A DNA stretch of 64,000 nt from Lytechinus pictus (GCF_037042905.1 NC_087251.1:24988001-25052000); one strand, 5' to 3'; counted from the stretch's first letter, positions 26,314-39,616 are shown. The notes: a model not told the origin generated them from the sequence alone. Numbers and translations: made by a program.

Positions 26314-26421
26314 CTAACCCCAGAAGAAGAAGAAAGACGTCGACATCAGAAGGAAAGAAACCGTGATGCTGCCTCAAAGTGTCGTAGTAAAAAGAGGGAT
26401 GCTGTGGGACGACTTGTATAT
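26314..26421 (+). CDS. ATF3: ATF3-like bZIP gene, coding exon 4 (basic region LTPEEEERRRHQKERNRDAASKCRSKKRDAVGRLVY)
   Basis: TAG acceptor, GTGAGT donor, 108 nt in phase 0/0, the typical Fos/ATF3-family basic-region exon. The N-x2-AA-x2-CR signature is present. Confidence 0.95.
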
Positions 26422-27272
26422 GTGAGTACCGCTATACTATATATTTCTTATATTGCATTCGATTCAAAAGAAATAGCAAATGCTATGATCAAATGCTATG
26501 ACCCCCCCCCCCCTCCCCTGTATGTTTTAAACCAACATATTGGATTTGGCCTTTCACAAGCAAGAAACCAAAAGGTAGATATTAAACAATATGCACCCTC
26601 CACTAAAAAATAGTAAATACTAGTAGATCGAAATTCTTTAAATAACCCGTAAAAATGCATATTGTATAATACAAAGGAATCTGTGTTGTTTCCAAGATAC
26701 TATATAAAAATAATTTGTATCCTCCATGGCCGAGTTATCATCCAATTGTGATTTAATGAAATAGTTGACAACTATATAGCTGTATGGATATATTTTTATA
26801 TTGACCGTGAATAATAATTGGCTCTAACTTCGTACAGTTTGAAGGAGATGGCAACATGCAAGCTTCAGAAAAAAACATTAACTTACCCATGTTAACTCGT
26901 TTTCTTACGTATATATACATGTACATCTAGATTGATATGGTGCGTTGCAAGAAACTTAAAAATCAATGGTAAGTCCCCAAATCAAGCGTAATGAAGCTTT
27001 GCAAGAGAGTTGAGAGATGGATTGCAATTGAATCCAAATTATTGCGTGGACTTACACCACATGATTCCAGAACATGATTTAGGGACTCAGATTACTTCGG
27101 AAGTTTCTTGCAGCGCCCCATTAGCTTTCAGGTATTACACAAATCAAAACGAATGGCACAAAATATGTTATACCAAGTTACGTAATGTATGAGAGGCATA
27201 TAAGGAATTCGAAACCTGTAAAATTGTGTATAAGTCTATTAACTTAATGTTCTCTGTTATTTTCCGCTGAAG

Positions 27273-28325
27273 GAAGCACAGCAGCTAGAAACAGAGAATA
27301 CAAAGCTTCGAGAAGAAATGAAAGCGCTTGAAACAGAAAGAGGCCAGCTACAGTTCCTCCTTGACATGCACTCCTCAAAGTGTATGATGCAGCAGGCATC
27401 ACCACCGATCACCAACCCTTCATCAATCATCCAGATCACAGACTCAACTGGCGAATCGATATCAGTCCCACTTCTCATCCAGGATACGGATGAGACAACC
27501 ATACAAGATTTGCATGCCTTGAGCGAGACAGTGGTGATCGGAGCAAAGACGGAAGCGACAACGCCAATGGCAGAGTCGGCATCGTCTTACGGATCATCAT
27601 GCTTCCCTCCAACACCGTCAACAACTCATAGCCACAGTTGCACGGAACCCTCAACTCCTGCCACCCCAACGAGTGTAAATATGGATGCACCCGTATTTCC
27701 TACCATATCGTTAAGCTCTATTCCAGTGACCACAGTTGTAGATCATAGTACTTTCCAGGAATGCACCAGTGGCTCGCCAATCGCTTCTCTTGCCAGTAGT
27801 TCCACAATGATTACCGATGCCTTCACCATGCCAGACATTGCAGATTTCCATCCGGTCGTACCTCCAACGCCTGAATTGCTAGATGACAACAACGACCCAT
27901 TTTCCGAATCGTTCGTCCAACAATATCTTGGTGGCGATCCATTACTATCTTCAGACTTTTCTCTGCCGAACATTGCGGACAACTCGACAATCCTTGACAG
28001 TTATCTTAGTACCAAATCTGCTTCGGCAGACGTATCGATGGCCGACGCAGAATGCACTGCAGAAAGCGGACAGATCTTACCTTCGACAGGGAGGTCAATC
28101 AGCGGTGATGGCTACACTGAACACCAGCAGCCTTTGCTGGATATTCATTTTCCTCAAGGTGAAGCGGGGGGAATAAACCTAGTTTCTTCAAGAGTGGACA
28201 ACCCCAATCGTGATGCATCCGAAATTCTCTCATTATCAGCCTTGCTTGGAGTCTCACTGGGCGATTTTGACGGAACAATTGATGACACATCGCCTATCAG
28301 TATACCTTCAAATATAGTGCAATAG
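27273..28325 (+). CDS. ATF3: ATF3-like bZIP gene, last coding exon (leucine zipper EAQQLETENTKLREEMKALETERGQLQFLLDMH plus long acidic S/T/P tail)
   Basis: AAG acceptor at 27270-72, in frame with ORF 27318..28325. Heptad leucines end in the Fos/ATF3-type L-x6-H. Stop TAG at 28323-25. Confidence 0.93.
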   Translation, partial: EAQQLETENTKLREEMKALETERGQLQFLLDMHSSKCMMQQASPPITNPSSIIQITDSTGESISVPLLIQDTDETTIQDLHALSETVVIGAKTEATTPMAESASSYGSSCFPPTPSTTHSHSCTEPSTPATPTSVNMDAPVFPTISLSSIPVTTVVDHSTFQECTSGSPIASLASSSTMITDAFTMPDIADFHPVVPPTPELLDDNNDPFSESFVQQYLGGDPLLSSDFSLPNIADNSTILDSYLSTKSASADVSMADAECTAESGQILPSTGRSISGDGYTEHQQPLLDIHFPQGEAGGINLVSSRVDNPNRDASEILSLSALLGVSLGDFDGTIDDTSPISIPSNIVQ

Positions 28326-28582
28326 GTCTTTTGTGTAGCATTCTTGATAGTTTTCAGAGTTACAAATCCTTGCCCGGGATATACTGATGATGTATAATGT
28401 TATTTCGGTGCATGTTTTGACCAAACGAAGAATGGACAGCGCACATACGGCACTTTTGATCTAATCACGATCGTCAATATTCTTTTTTGTCGTATCTTCT
28501 TGTTTGTGGTAAAATGGATTAAATCCATATTATGCTTTCATACATAATTGGAGAATTAATCACGTTGTTTAGATGGATTCCT

Positions 28583-28950
28583 GTGGCCGTTTCATAAAGC
28601 TGTTCGTAAGTTAAGAGCGACTTTAAGAAAGACTGGTGAACCTTCTTACGCGCTAAACCATCGCCAATGAACATTTGGGTCGTCATTCGGCTCTAATCAG
28701 AGCTACCGGGCCACATTCGGTTCGATTCTTGCCACTATTTGGGTGGCATTCGGCTTTATTCGGAATGGCCAAAATTGATTCGGGTCAATTCTTGGCGATT
28801 CTGCGCTTAATCGGGACCAATTCCTTTGTATTCGGGGAGCTCCCCCAATCGGAGACGAATAGGTTCCGAGTCCATCCGAATCAGGCCATATTTGGGCAGA
28901 ATCGTTTCAAATTTATTCGGGAGAAATCGGTTTTGGAGTAACCCTGGGTT
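28583..28950. mobile_element. TE-derived GC-rich insert(s) in the bZIP 3'UTR region
   Basis: Abrupt CpG-rich block with repeated ATTCGG/CCGAAT motifs in both orientations. Family not identified. Confidence 0.4.
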
Positions 28951-29370
28951 TAAAGAAAAAGAGAGAGAGAGATTTGCCCCGAATGTTTTAGCAGCTGAAA
29001 TATCTGATCAGTATCTCGATCTCAGTCGCTGTACGTCGTGTATTGCTTATCTATTGCAAAGTGTGAATCTATGTGTCGTATTTGTAATGTTTTCAGAAAG
29101 CATATTTTTATGTTTATTTTTCATCAAATGAACTGAGTGTATTATAAGCTGAATAATCCATGCAGATTGAAAAAAAAAATACTCTTCAAGATTCTTTTTT
29201 ATTGTAATCAGATATATGCAAAATGCATTCAATGTTTATTAATTTGATAATAATTATACTCAGCTATGACATTTTTAATGTATTTAATGGAATATGATCA
29301 ATAATACTTTGAATGAGAAATCGAATCATACACATTATACATGTATGTTTACCTATAGGTTCTGTCTTTC

Positions 29371-29409
29371 AATAAAAAATGAAATTATATGACCCTGTCT
29401 TTAAATAAA
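29371..29409 (+). terminator. Candidate polyadenylation signals of the bZIP gene (AATAAA x2)
   Basis: AATAAA at 29371 and 29404, about 1 kb after the stop and following an AU-rich stretch. Such hexamers are common in AT-rich DNA. Confidence 0.3.
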
Positions 29410-30229
29410 ATCATATTCTATAATGGAGGCAATGAGGCAAAAAACACAAAAAACAGGAGACTGAGTTTGGATATGAAGCTGTCTTTCCGAAAGGAAAATA
29501 CGAGGGAGAGAAGCGAGCTATGGTAAAAAAAAATAGACAATTTTAAGTGATGTCATAATTTGGCACGCAAGAAAGTTAATGATAGAAAACACGAAGACAA
29601 TTTTTTATGGAACCCCCTCCCCTTCATAAGAATGCTAGCGGATGCAAGTGAAAGCTGACAATTTTAAGCTTCTGAATCTCTTATTTCCCAAAGCTTCTCT
29701 GAGATAACCATGATGCACCTTTTTTTCATGCCTCCATTTAAATTGAACAATTACGACCTGTAATGGAAAGGATTAACACGGTTTAAATCCACGTGGCATG
29801 TGTGTATATGATTGGATTATCTTATTTGGAACTTGGTAATTATATATATATATATATATATTAAATTATATACTTTCACTTCGTACTCTCATTTCAATGT
29901 GCTATTTTCTTGAATTTGAAGTGACCTTTTTTTATTCTACTAAAAGATGTAATTGTTACATATTGATAAGGAACTTTTCACAGTCTACCTCTCATCAGGA
30001 GCTTTGATCATATTTGTATTTCTTTCGGTTTTCAGTTACATAATTAAAAGCAATTTTCATAATCGGTGAACCTGAATTTGAGGTATTCTTTCTACATGCT
30101 GTAAAGGTGCTAACACTAAGTACACATAAAACAACATTTTCATGATTATTCCTTTAATATTGTTTGAAGTTGATATAAACAAAATAAGCCTACAATTAAT
30201 AATAAAACACTTATTAGTACAACGATTAA

Positions 30230-30712
30230 TAATTGTATAGTTTTGATATAACAAAGCAAGAACTAGTTTAAATATGCCATTAGTAAATGTACACTAACTA
30301 ATTAACAACAATTAGTGTTTTTAATACAAATAAATGTGGCATGTTAAGAGGTAAGTAACTAAGAAGGGTTTCTAATTGAGGAAAACGCATGTTGCTCTAA
30401 GAACTGAGATTTGTGAACCATGTGGCAATTTTGAAGCAAATTTGTTGTTTTGATAAACTATTAAGTGTTTCAGAAGTAGGATCTAAGTTCAAGGCATTCA
30501 TTTTAATGATGTAGGTGCTACCAGTTCCACTGTACATAGACACTTTGAGGTATCACATAAAAAAGCGATTGATAATTGTAGTTATAGTTTTGATATAACA
30601 AATTAAGAACTAGTTTTAATGTGCCATTTGAAAGAAAAATCTGTGAGCATTTAAGCAACTACGAACGGTTTCTAATTCAGGAAAACGCATGTTGCTCTAA
30701 GAATTGAAATTT
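30230..30712 (+). repeat. Local direct duplication (two diverged copies ~300-350 bp apart)
   Basis: TATAGTTTTGATATAACAAA..AAGAACTAGTTT and GGTTTCTAATT.AGGAAAACGCATGTTGCTCTAAGAA each occur twice. Confidence 0.8.
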
Positions 30713-31665
30713 TTAAATCCAATATGATCACATTCGTATTATTTTTATCATGATACATATTTTGTGCATAGTTTAAAAAAAGGCTGTATATGTTATTTGT
30801 GAGCCTGTGAATAAACGATCTGAAATATCAGAAACCATACAATATTTTATAGGCATGATATGTAGGATGTTTTATGCCAGCAGTGAATGCATGCAAAATA
30901 AAAAAGGGGGTCCGAGAGAAAACTAGTGTTAAACATGGGAAAAGTGTATGTGAACAAATAATTTATTAAAAGGGGTGTGGGCGAGAGTTTGGGAGAGAGA
31001 TGAGAGAGGGGGGGAAGGGGAGGTTTTTTTTTCTTCAAAAATAAGGGTGGTTTTGAAAGACTGGTCAATGGTCAATCGCGGGGTCAAACGTATTTAGGGT
31101 ATGTTTTTTTCCAAAGTTTTTTTTTTCTAAGATTAGCCAAACGTGTTTAGGGTATGTTTTTTCCCAAAGCTTTTTCCTCCTCGTTTCTGAAGTGTTCAGG
31201 TTCTTCCTGATTGTGGTATTTTAACCATAACTGCACTGGGGGGTAAGCAATACCCATGAATATAGTTTTGTCTATATTTGAATATTTTGTTAGCAAGACA
31301 AAACTTGTTTAGAGATCATATTCTGGCGACAACTTGTTTAGGGGCCAAAATGTGTTAATGGAGCTCGCGAAAAACTTGTTTAGGGGATTATTTTGCACAC
31401 ATAAAACTCGTTTGGAAATAATTTGGCCACGCGTGTATACAGTTATACATTTGACTGCCCCCCCCCCCCCCCCCGGGAGAGAGAGAGCCGAGATGAGGAT
31501 GAGCAAATTCAGTTTCGGTTAATACAAAATACTCTTGGTCTTAGCTGGGATGGACACACAAGCGCAAATGCTGCCATCTCTTGGTCGTTATAGGTCTAGT
31601 CATTAAGATCTTGAATGTGGGGAATCACGGAATTCTATATTTCCGTGGGGGACATCAGTGATGTG

Positions 31666-32023
31666 CATGGGCGGAAATCCCAGGGGGACGCGTCCCCCTT
31701 CCCAAAATAGTAGGGGGGACACAATATCAAATGTCCCCCTACTATTTTTGGTCTTTTAAGATGGAAAGAAATACATCATTCAAAATGGAAATAAAACATG
31801 TATTTTGGACGAGATGACCTTCCTTTTAGGGGTGATAACCTATTTTTTTTCTTCTTTTTTGGGGGTTGTCAAATTTTCCAGCCCCTGGTCCCATAGGCGG
31901 CGGAAGCGGGAGGGACGTGTCCCCCCCCCTAAATTTTAGGTGGAGGACGATCCCCCCATAAATTTTTGGCTTCCGCCGCCAATGCCTGGTCCCCCTACCT
32001 TTGGGGAGAGCTTTCCGCCCTTG
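31666..32023. mobile_element. hAT-like MITE (8-bp TSD GTGATGTG) containing a nested MITE
   Basis: CATGGGCGGAAA...TTTCCGCCCTTG flanked by GTGATGTG at 31658 and 32024. Confidence 0.85.
31892..31984. mobile_element. 93-bp hAT-like mini-MITE (8-bp TSD CCTGGTCC)
   Basis: CATAGGCGGCGGAAGC...GCTTCCGCCGCCAATG flanked by CCTGGTCC at 31884 and 31985. Confidence 0.88.
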
Positions 32024-35000
32024 GTGATGTGAATACGATTGTGCCATTCTGAGGGGTAAAACTCGTATGTGAATTGCAATCTGAATCCATCAAGCTACCT
32101 GTTGATATTTACAGTTGCCTTTGTACAGTAAAATAAAAAATACATAAACAAAATCTACTTATTACACGAGAAGAGATCATTTACTCATATGAAAACATAT
32201 ACGAAGACAATGAAAAGACACCACAATACCATATTGTAAATATATTTTCAAATAATTCCGAACTTAATCTTCCTCTTTATTAAGACTTCATGGATACCAT
32301 ATTAAGTAAATCTTATTTGTTAACGGTGATTACTACGATGGGAGGGGTTGACAAGTTAATGATATCCCCCAAGCAAAATAAATAAAATAATTTAACAAAC
32401 AAATAAAATATTAAAAAAAGATTATGGTTACTGGTTTGATCAGAAGAAAACATTCATGTTGAAAACATGATACAAAAATAAGACACATTACCAATCACTA
32501 CATTATACAGTCGACCTTTATTTTGCAAGAAAAATGGGTGAAAAATATGGCACACATTTTGTAGAAAATGGGAAACCATCCAAAAGGTTATTATTTGTCA
32601 TGATGAAGGGTATTTTCATTTATAATTTAATATTGATTCACTTTCTCCCAAACTCCTTTTATTTTGCTGACCATTTGATGGCAGATTGGAGGTGTCCTTT
32701 TAAGTATAACACAATATTTCCACTATTTTCATAAATTTATACAAGGTACATGTATATATTTTGGTATTCATTTATTTATTTTTTTAATATGGACGAATGC
32801 CTTTTCTTCTTCTTATGTATCTCGTGATGTTACTATGTCTTTCATGAACTCAAATAGCATGCTTCCTGCATGAGCAACTGCCATTGTTGAATCTCAACAA
32901 TAGAGGGGGCTATACAAGTATCTGCATTGATCAGCGGAGAGGTGGGGATGTCATGGTGGAGTGGTCTAGGGCTGTAAGGCACTTCCACAGCTTCATCGCT
33001 AGTCTAGATTCTAGACGTCGGTGTACTTGTTATTTCTCTCCCCTTGCTTCATTCTCCCCTGCGCGCCATCCCCAGTGATCGCGCTATCCCCTCACAAATC
33101 GTGGGCTGTTTTCATTTCGGGCGTAGAGGTCGAGGATTGTGTTATTGATCAACTGAAAAGCAGAACAGTCCTGGCAAAGGACTACTTCATCGCAGGCATA
33201 GAAGTCTGGAGTTCTATCCCCCCCCCCCTGGCATGGCACTTATGCTTTTGAGAAAGGCAAAAAAAATGTTTTATCTGCATTGCTCTTTAGTCCTATATTA
33301 AATACATGAAGTTTTATAATAATCGGGATAATGAAAATACTAATTATATCCTGATTATATTTTGCCATCTATCTAGAGATAATTTATTCTGAGGTGCACT
33401 AGTGACTATTATTATCATTATTTGTTACTACATGTATAATCATACATTTTGATGGTGCGCGCATGTGTACAATTACTTGCACTGATTGTAACGGCATGCT
33501 TTTCTTTACTACGAAAATATCCACAAAAAATACATAGCTTCTCAAAAATATGTATATGAAAATCTGGATTAGGAGTCAGAGACACCAAAAGAAACAAAAC
33601 AACCCTCTTTTTTTTATTGTGCTACTTTAAATGTATAGAGTGGTTTAGAGCTTTTTTAAAAAATATATATATATATTATATATATTTATATTTTCTAGTA
33701 TCACTAATCATCTCAATTCCACATCTTTGATTACATGCCCAAACTGAGATACAAGTATGGACCCCAAGTTGTGCATAAACCTTGGACTATAATAAATTTT
33801 TCACATTTTCATAATTGCATTTCACTTATTTTTTTGCATTATTAGTGATTTATGAACTTAGAATGCACCACTGAACCACACTTGCTTTCTTTCTAGCATG
33901 AGAAAAGTTTTCACTTCTCGACCAAGGTTTTTTGTTTATAAAGCAATTCATAATACAACCAAACTAGACCCGAATATGAAGAAAATGAAGTGTGATTTTT
34001 AATCTTTTTGTGATTTTGACTACATTTCAAATGATACATAGCAGTGACAATTAATGTTTATACCTTATAGCAGAAATGTTCCACATATACACATTTAAAC
34101 TTCAGCTAATGGGCAATTCAATGAAATATGCACGTCCGACCCCTAAATGTGGGACCTTCATGAAATTTTCTGTCTCTGATTTCTGGTTCTTTTGACAGTC
34201 TGTAATGCTCTCAAATGGCCATGACTTGGTCAGTTCATGAAGTGAAGTAAAACTCAAGAAAATGGAGGTCGGATGTACAAAACTGTAGATTATTTAATGG
34301 AAATATTGATTATTTTATGGAAATGTCCTAATGTAAACAGAAGTAATTCAGAAAACCCTTTTTATTTGGGGGGATGCTATTCATAATACAGTTGAGGGTA
34401 AATTTGTTTGTAACTGTTGGAAAAGTTAATTCGCCCATATTGATTGATTGATTCATTGATTATAATTAGATTGATAAGCCAGAGTACTATTGAAATAGGA
34501 CATTTTGATTACAATTTTACAGTCTCCTTCTTTCATGGCAATGAACCATTTGATCTCACTTTTGCATATTATATCACATTAATAACCATTTGTAGGTAGT
34601 GAGTCATTATAACATTATAACAAGACTACTTGTGTACTGGTCTGACACAAAGATATACATGTATAAGACCAGGAGTTTAGGGTTCTGTATCATAATTTAA
34701 TTAATTCTTTCAAGCATTTAAATGAACGTAATATGATTAAATACATGAGGAACAAAGAATACATAACGTCAAAGACATATAAGTTTACAAGAAAAAAAAG
34801 CATTGAGAGGGAAGCAGCCAAGAAGAAGAGAATTTCCTTATAATATGGCCGACCCAAATTACTTTTTAATAAAACTAATTATAAAGGTTTGCAGTGGAGT
34901 GCTTATATCAAAGAGCAACTTTGATTGGTTCCTGCCCTGTGTTTGGAGCAAAGTGTACATGCAACAATGGTCTTGATTGGCCCTTATCACCAGGCAATTG

Positions 35001-35972
35001 AATGCACACCTTTGTATCTGACAGCTCAGAATAGCCAGCTTTTCATCTAGCATTACACTCAAAATCACAATTTTCTAAATCCCAAGGAATTGGGCATTGA
35101 TATATGGGAAAAGTACAGATAGATCATACGTCTATTAAGCTGCAATGTCCAGTTCTGCAGATGGCGTTCAAATCGGCACCCAACACAAGCTGTGAGAAAT
35201 GTGCAATATTTTCTGAACTCCATTACAAGACACCATCCTCATTTCAAATAGGGTGTTGTGACAGCACCAACACCCATCACAACACTGTAGATGAAATTAT
35301 CCAATCTCCTGTGCAAGCCTTAACTTACATTGAAGCATGGTGGGATGAGTTGATGGTGTGTGTGCCTTTACATAAAAAAACAGCCACTAAGTTCTGTTAA
35401 CAATTCTTTTCCTGCAGTTCTGAAAAAATATGTAGAGAGCTTCTAACGGCTGCGCAAAGGTACTTTCAATGCTCTCTGTACAGTTGAGTATCGCTGTTCT
35501 GCAAGTAAAGACAATTACCAAAAATACATGATTGGATAATCCTGGTTCTGTAATATAAACAGATACAAGAAATATTGACAATCAATTGTTACTCTTTGTA
35601 CACGGTTAGCCACATTATCACAGTTGTATTTAATTTGGATTGTATCTTTAATGATACAGTACTTAGGTACTACTTGGAAGACCTGACACATCTAATATAT
35701 TAAAAACAAATATATAAAATATATTTCACTAGAAAAAAAATTCAAGCACTGAAAATGGAACATATCATTGAAGAAAGACTTAGAATAATATGTGAGGATG
35801 ATATCTGGAAGACGTTTACTTTTATGACCGGGAATGGATCAATCATGATTCATGTTGCCGTTTAAATTTTGAAACCGACATTGAACACACCTTTAGTCCC
35901 AACTGCAGGTTTCATACTTTGTTCAAGAGATATTCAATATAAATTATCTTTGATGTGCATTCACTGACCTTG

Positions 35973-36074
35973 TCATACTTCATCTTCATTGAGAAGCATA
36001 TTGGCGATCCCATTCTTGATAGGAAACTTTCTTCCAGACTCTGGACAAACAAGATTACCTTCAACTATTTCAAC
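35973..36074 (-). CDS. TRMT112: TRMT112 exon 4 ([33 protein letters not shown])
   Basis: CAG acceptor, EG.L.CPESGR.FPI..GI.NMLL.E.E C-terminal motif, TGA stop. Total protein is 123 aa. Confidence 0.97.
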   Translation of the reverse strand, partial: VEIVEGNLVCPESGRKFPIKNGIANMLLNEDEV

Positions 36075-36685
36075 CTGTCATTAAAGAAGACAGTAGCATA
36101 TAAGAGTGTTCAAAATTAAAACTGTGTTGGCACAAAATATATAGCTTACTTATATGTATACTTGTACTTAAACAAAGGCATATAATGAAATGCAAGAAAG
36201 AAATATTTCTTCTCACTGTAAATGTTAAAGTTCCAGGTGCAAAGTCATGCACATCAGTAAAATTATTAAACTGTGCTCTTGTTAAACAATGAAAACACAA
36301 TACAAACATATTTCAAATAGCTCACACATGTACAACATTCTATGAAAAATATTAGAAAGATCATTTCCCTCTATATAAAGGGAACTCAAAAGGAAATAAT
36401 ACAAGCGAAATTAAAAAAATATTCAAAGTCTGGATTTTAATTATTTACTGAATTTTTCAGTTAAAGAATTAGAATGAATTAGATATGAACTATGTCGGTG
36501 CTCTAATCATATTATGGATGTTTAAAGAGTACATATGCCAGCTGGTGTTGGCCTCTTGGCCGTAGCTTATTTTAGTTGCACAATCATTCCTCGAAGTTTG
36601 CTTCGTATTTAGCTTTATCTGCCATTAACTAACCAGTTGGTCCAGGTTATTTAATATACCTACACCTGGTGCTATGTAAACTTAC

Positions 36686-36778
36686 CTCTAGCAACACTCT
36701 ATGAGCTTCTTTCAAGAATTCTTCATCACTCTCATAGTTTTCTATCAGTTGAGGAGGTAGGTTACCATTCACATTGAG
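36686..36778 (-). CDS. TRMT112: TRMT112 exon 3 (LNVNGNLPPQLIENYESDEEFLKEAHRVLLE)
   Basis: CAG acceptor, GTAAGT donor, 93 nt. Contains the YE.DEEFL...H.VLLE motif. Confidence 0.97.
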
Positions 36779-37378
36779 CTGGAAAATATATTGATAACAT
36801 ATGCTCACTGTAGGCTAACTACATTATGCAAACTTACACAGTGAAAAGAAAGAGGCCATTGATAATACAAATATCAACAACAACAAAGAAAGAAAGAAAT
36901 TTAAAGAAATTTCACATTAACATTAATTTTTGCCAAAAAAAATGTATTACAATCATAATACACCCAATTCCCAATATTTTCTAGAAGTAGTGAATAACAA
37001 TATTCTATTTTCATGCAATCAACCTTCATGTGGTTGCTTCTATGAAAGTGCATTGACTCAGGGACTGTTACCATTAATGATTAATTCTTATGTATGTCAC
37101 ATCAGGATATACGTATGTTCTTTAATACAGTATTTGAACTGCAAAAGATCTGTATCCTCTTGTAAATCATTCATATGAGTGGGTTATAAAACATATATAC
37201 TACATGTATGCACTATTTAAATACATCATCAGGTTTTCATCATTTCATTAAGTATAAAAACGTGAGTATGATACGGTAGGCCTACATCTTTTTCTGGTTG
37301 CAGAGAAAATGATAAGTGAAAATATGAAAAAGAAAAACATAATGGATATTGGACATGTTATGAAATAAAACGACTTAC

Positions 37379-37480
37379 GCTGCATGCTGTATCATAAAGG
37401 GCAGTCCAGTCTATTCTTGGAATCATTCTAGCGATGAAGTCTGGGTTAAATTCAACTTCCAGCGTCCTTGTATTTTCAGG
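37379..37480 (-). CDS. TRMT112: TRMT112 exon 2 (PENTRTLEVEFNPDFIARMIPRIDWTALYDTACS)
   Basis: CAG acceptor, GTAAGT donor, 102 nt. Contains the VEFNP.F.ARMIP...W Trm112 motif. Confidence 0.97.
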
Positions 37481-37914
37481 CTGTAATAGCAAACATGAAC
37501 ATACACTGTATTACAAAGTCAAAGAGAACAGTAATAAGCACTTGCTTCTTGAGAACAGTTGTGCAGTATCAGTCCCTCAGCTCAGATGAAGAACACTCAA
37601 AGATTTTCTTTCGCTGAATGCATATTATCACATTTTCATAGGTTTAATTTAGAAATTCAAATTCAATGCAACAACATAGAGGGCATAGCATTCTACAGAA
37701 AATTAATTGTACGTCTAAATTACGGTTGGCTCTTACAGTAGAGGCACCGGTCTGAAAATGAGAATCATCCCTAGTAGTACTATCTTCTTTTATTATTATT
37801 TCTCCTCACAAGAAATCTAAAAAAAGGTTCATTCACCTGTTAAATGCCAATACCAATCCAGTGGATGGTTCATTAATCATGGGGTATCGTATTACAACTA
37901 TGGGATGACAGCAA

Positions 37915-38205
37915 TTAAACGGACAAGTCTATTCTAATAAAAAGTTGATTTGAATAAAAGGAGAAAAATCCAACAAGCATAACTCTGAAAATTTTCATAG
38001 AAATAGAAAGTTATGTCATTTTAAAGTTTCGCTTAAATTCACAAAACAGTTATATGCACATCCTGGCCTGATCGGTATGCATAAAATGAGAGGACTGACA
38101 GCATCACCCACTCACTATATTGTATTTCATTATATGAAATATGAAATATTTTCATTTTCACCTCATTGTCATGTCAAGCAAAGATTTATTCCTCACTGAA
38201 CATGT
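37915..38205. mobile_element. Truncated copy of the TTAA-target MITE in TRMT112 intron 1
   Basis: TTAAACGGACAAGTC...AAAGTTGATTTGAATAAA...CACTCACTAT matches the left half of the 46914 copy. Confidence 0.7.
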
Positions 38206-39402
38206 GAAAAAACAATCCCACCCGCACCTCTTATTTAGTTACTAACTGCATGTACTGGTCTGTTGATCTACTGCCATGCCATTTGGCATTATCATCATCA
38301 TGAAATAAAATAAGTCACCAGTCCAGATTCACCGCCATTTGTTTCATCCGTGCTGGTGACATCCTTCCAACAGGGGCGGGCCCTGGGAACAATTTTTCAT
38401 TCCGCTTTTATATAGTCCAGCGCTTACTTCTACATCGGAACGACATCTCTTAACTTCTAAGCGCTTTACCAATAGTAATACCATGTTTTCAATTACATTC
38501 ACAGATCTGCAGATAGACCCTATACTATAGTATACCCCGGTCATTTTTTTTCGCGGTAGACTATACGTATATGAATAGGACGCAATCCCTGGCGCTGGCG
38601 GCGAGCTCTGTGGAGAGTAAACACACGTTGGTGAATGATATTTACTCTTTACCAGGACTCAGCCTCCTGGCTAGGCCTAACTTTGTTCTTCTAAAAGTTC
38701 TAACGTTAGTTCTAACGTAATACTTTACAAAATTAGAAGACGTCTCACTCTCAGTCTCACTCAGTCCAACTCCATGCAGTCCAGGGTGACCAGACGTCCC
38801 GTATTTCCCGGGATCGTCCCGTATTTTGCTCCTTTGTCCCGGCGTCCCGACAAATCCTTCACGGGATGCCTATTTGTCCCCGTATTTCAGAATATTGAAC
38901 AAAATATAGTTAATATATTTAAAAGTGGAGAATTTTCATCAAATAACCAACAGATGACGAAGCAGAGATCGGGGCAGAGATAACAATAAAATCGATAACT
39001 GTAAACTTGTGCAAGTTCTGCGGTGATTTTCTTGCTAACTCAACACCATGAATACATTGCAAATGAATGTGTGGCAGGCTACTAGCTCGGCATGGTGGAT
39101 CGGAGCAGATTCTCAATGGTGCAAACAATCTCACATGATAAACAGTTTTTCCACCAAAATCATCACAAAATCGGCGGGGAATTTTTATTATGATATTATA
39201 TTACTGATTTGGTGATGTAATCAGAGGAACAAGTTATCAAGTTTTCATAATTATATTGATCTAGTATTGTTTCAGCTCTTGTTTTGAGTCTTGTGATCGA
39301 TGCGATCTTGTAATGGGATGGGCCTAAGAGAGATTCCTTGTGTGTGATGCATGCTGCGTTGTTTCATCTAATATTTAAATTTGACAATGTTTCACTTTGA
39401 AA

Positions 39403-39616
39403 TTTTATTGTTATACCGAGGTTTTCACCTGACTGCTAAGAAAGCACGAATGCCTGTGAGCAAGTAACCAGAGGCCATCGGCTTAAGGTCCTCTCAGAGG
39501 GACCTGGTAATGAGGATGAATGCCTTACCAAAGGGCACTAGCGCACCACTTGGGAATCGAACCCGGGTCACCGGAATCCGAAACCCCCGCTCTACTGACT
39601 GAGCTATCGCGCCTCC
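39403..39616 (-). mobile_element. tRNA-derived SINE (tRNA-Arg-like head)
   Basis: The - strand reads GGCGCGATAGCTCAGTCAGTAGAGC...GGTTCGATTCCC (A and B boxes) followed by a ~140-nt non-tRNA body. A second copy lies at 50319. Confidence 0.88.

Noticed and set aside
22689..28290. Antisense and alternative-frame ORFs over the bZIP exons
   Set aside because: Shadow ORFs of GC-richer coding sequence with no independent support.
34990..35500. Possible additional coding exon downstream of TRMT112
   Set aside because: No sustained recognisable frame; more plausibly TRMT112 3'UTR or flank.
39540..39616. tRNA gene (also at 50319-50390)
   Set aside because: The tRNA-like head lacks a proper acceptor stem and continues into a shared non-tRNA body in both copies, so these are SINEs.
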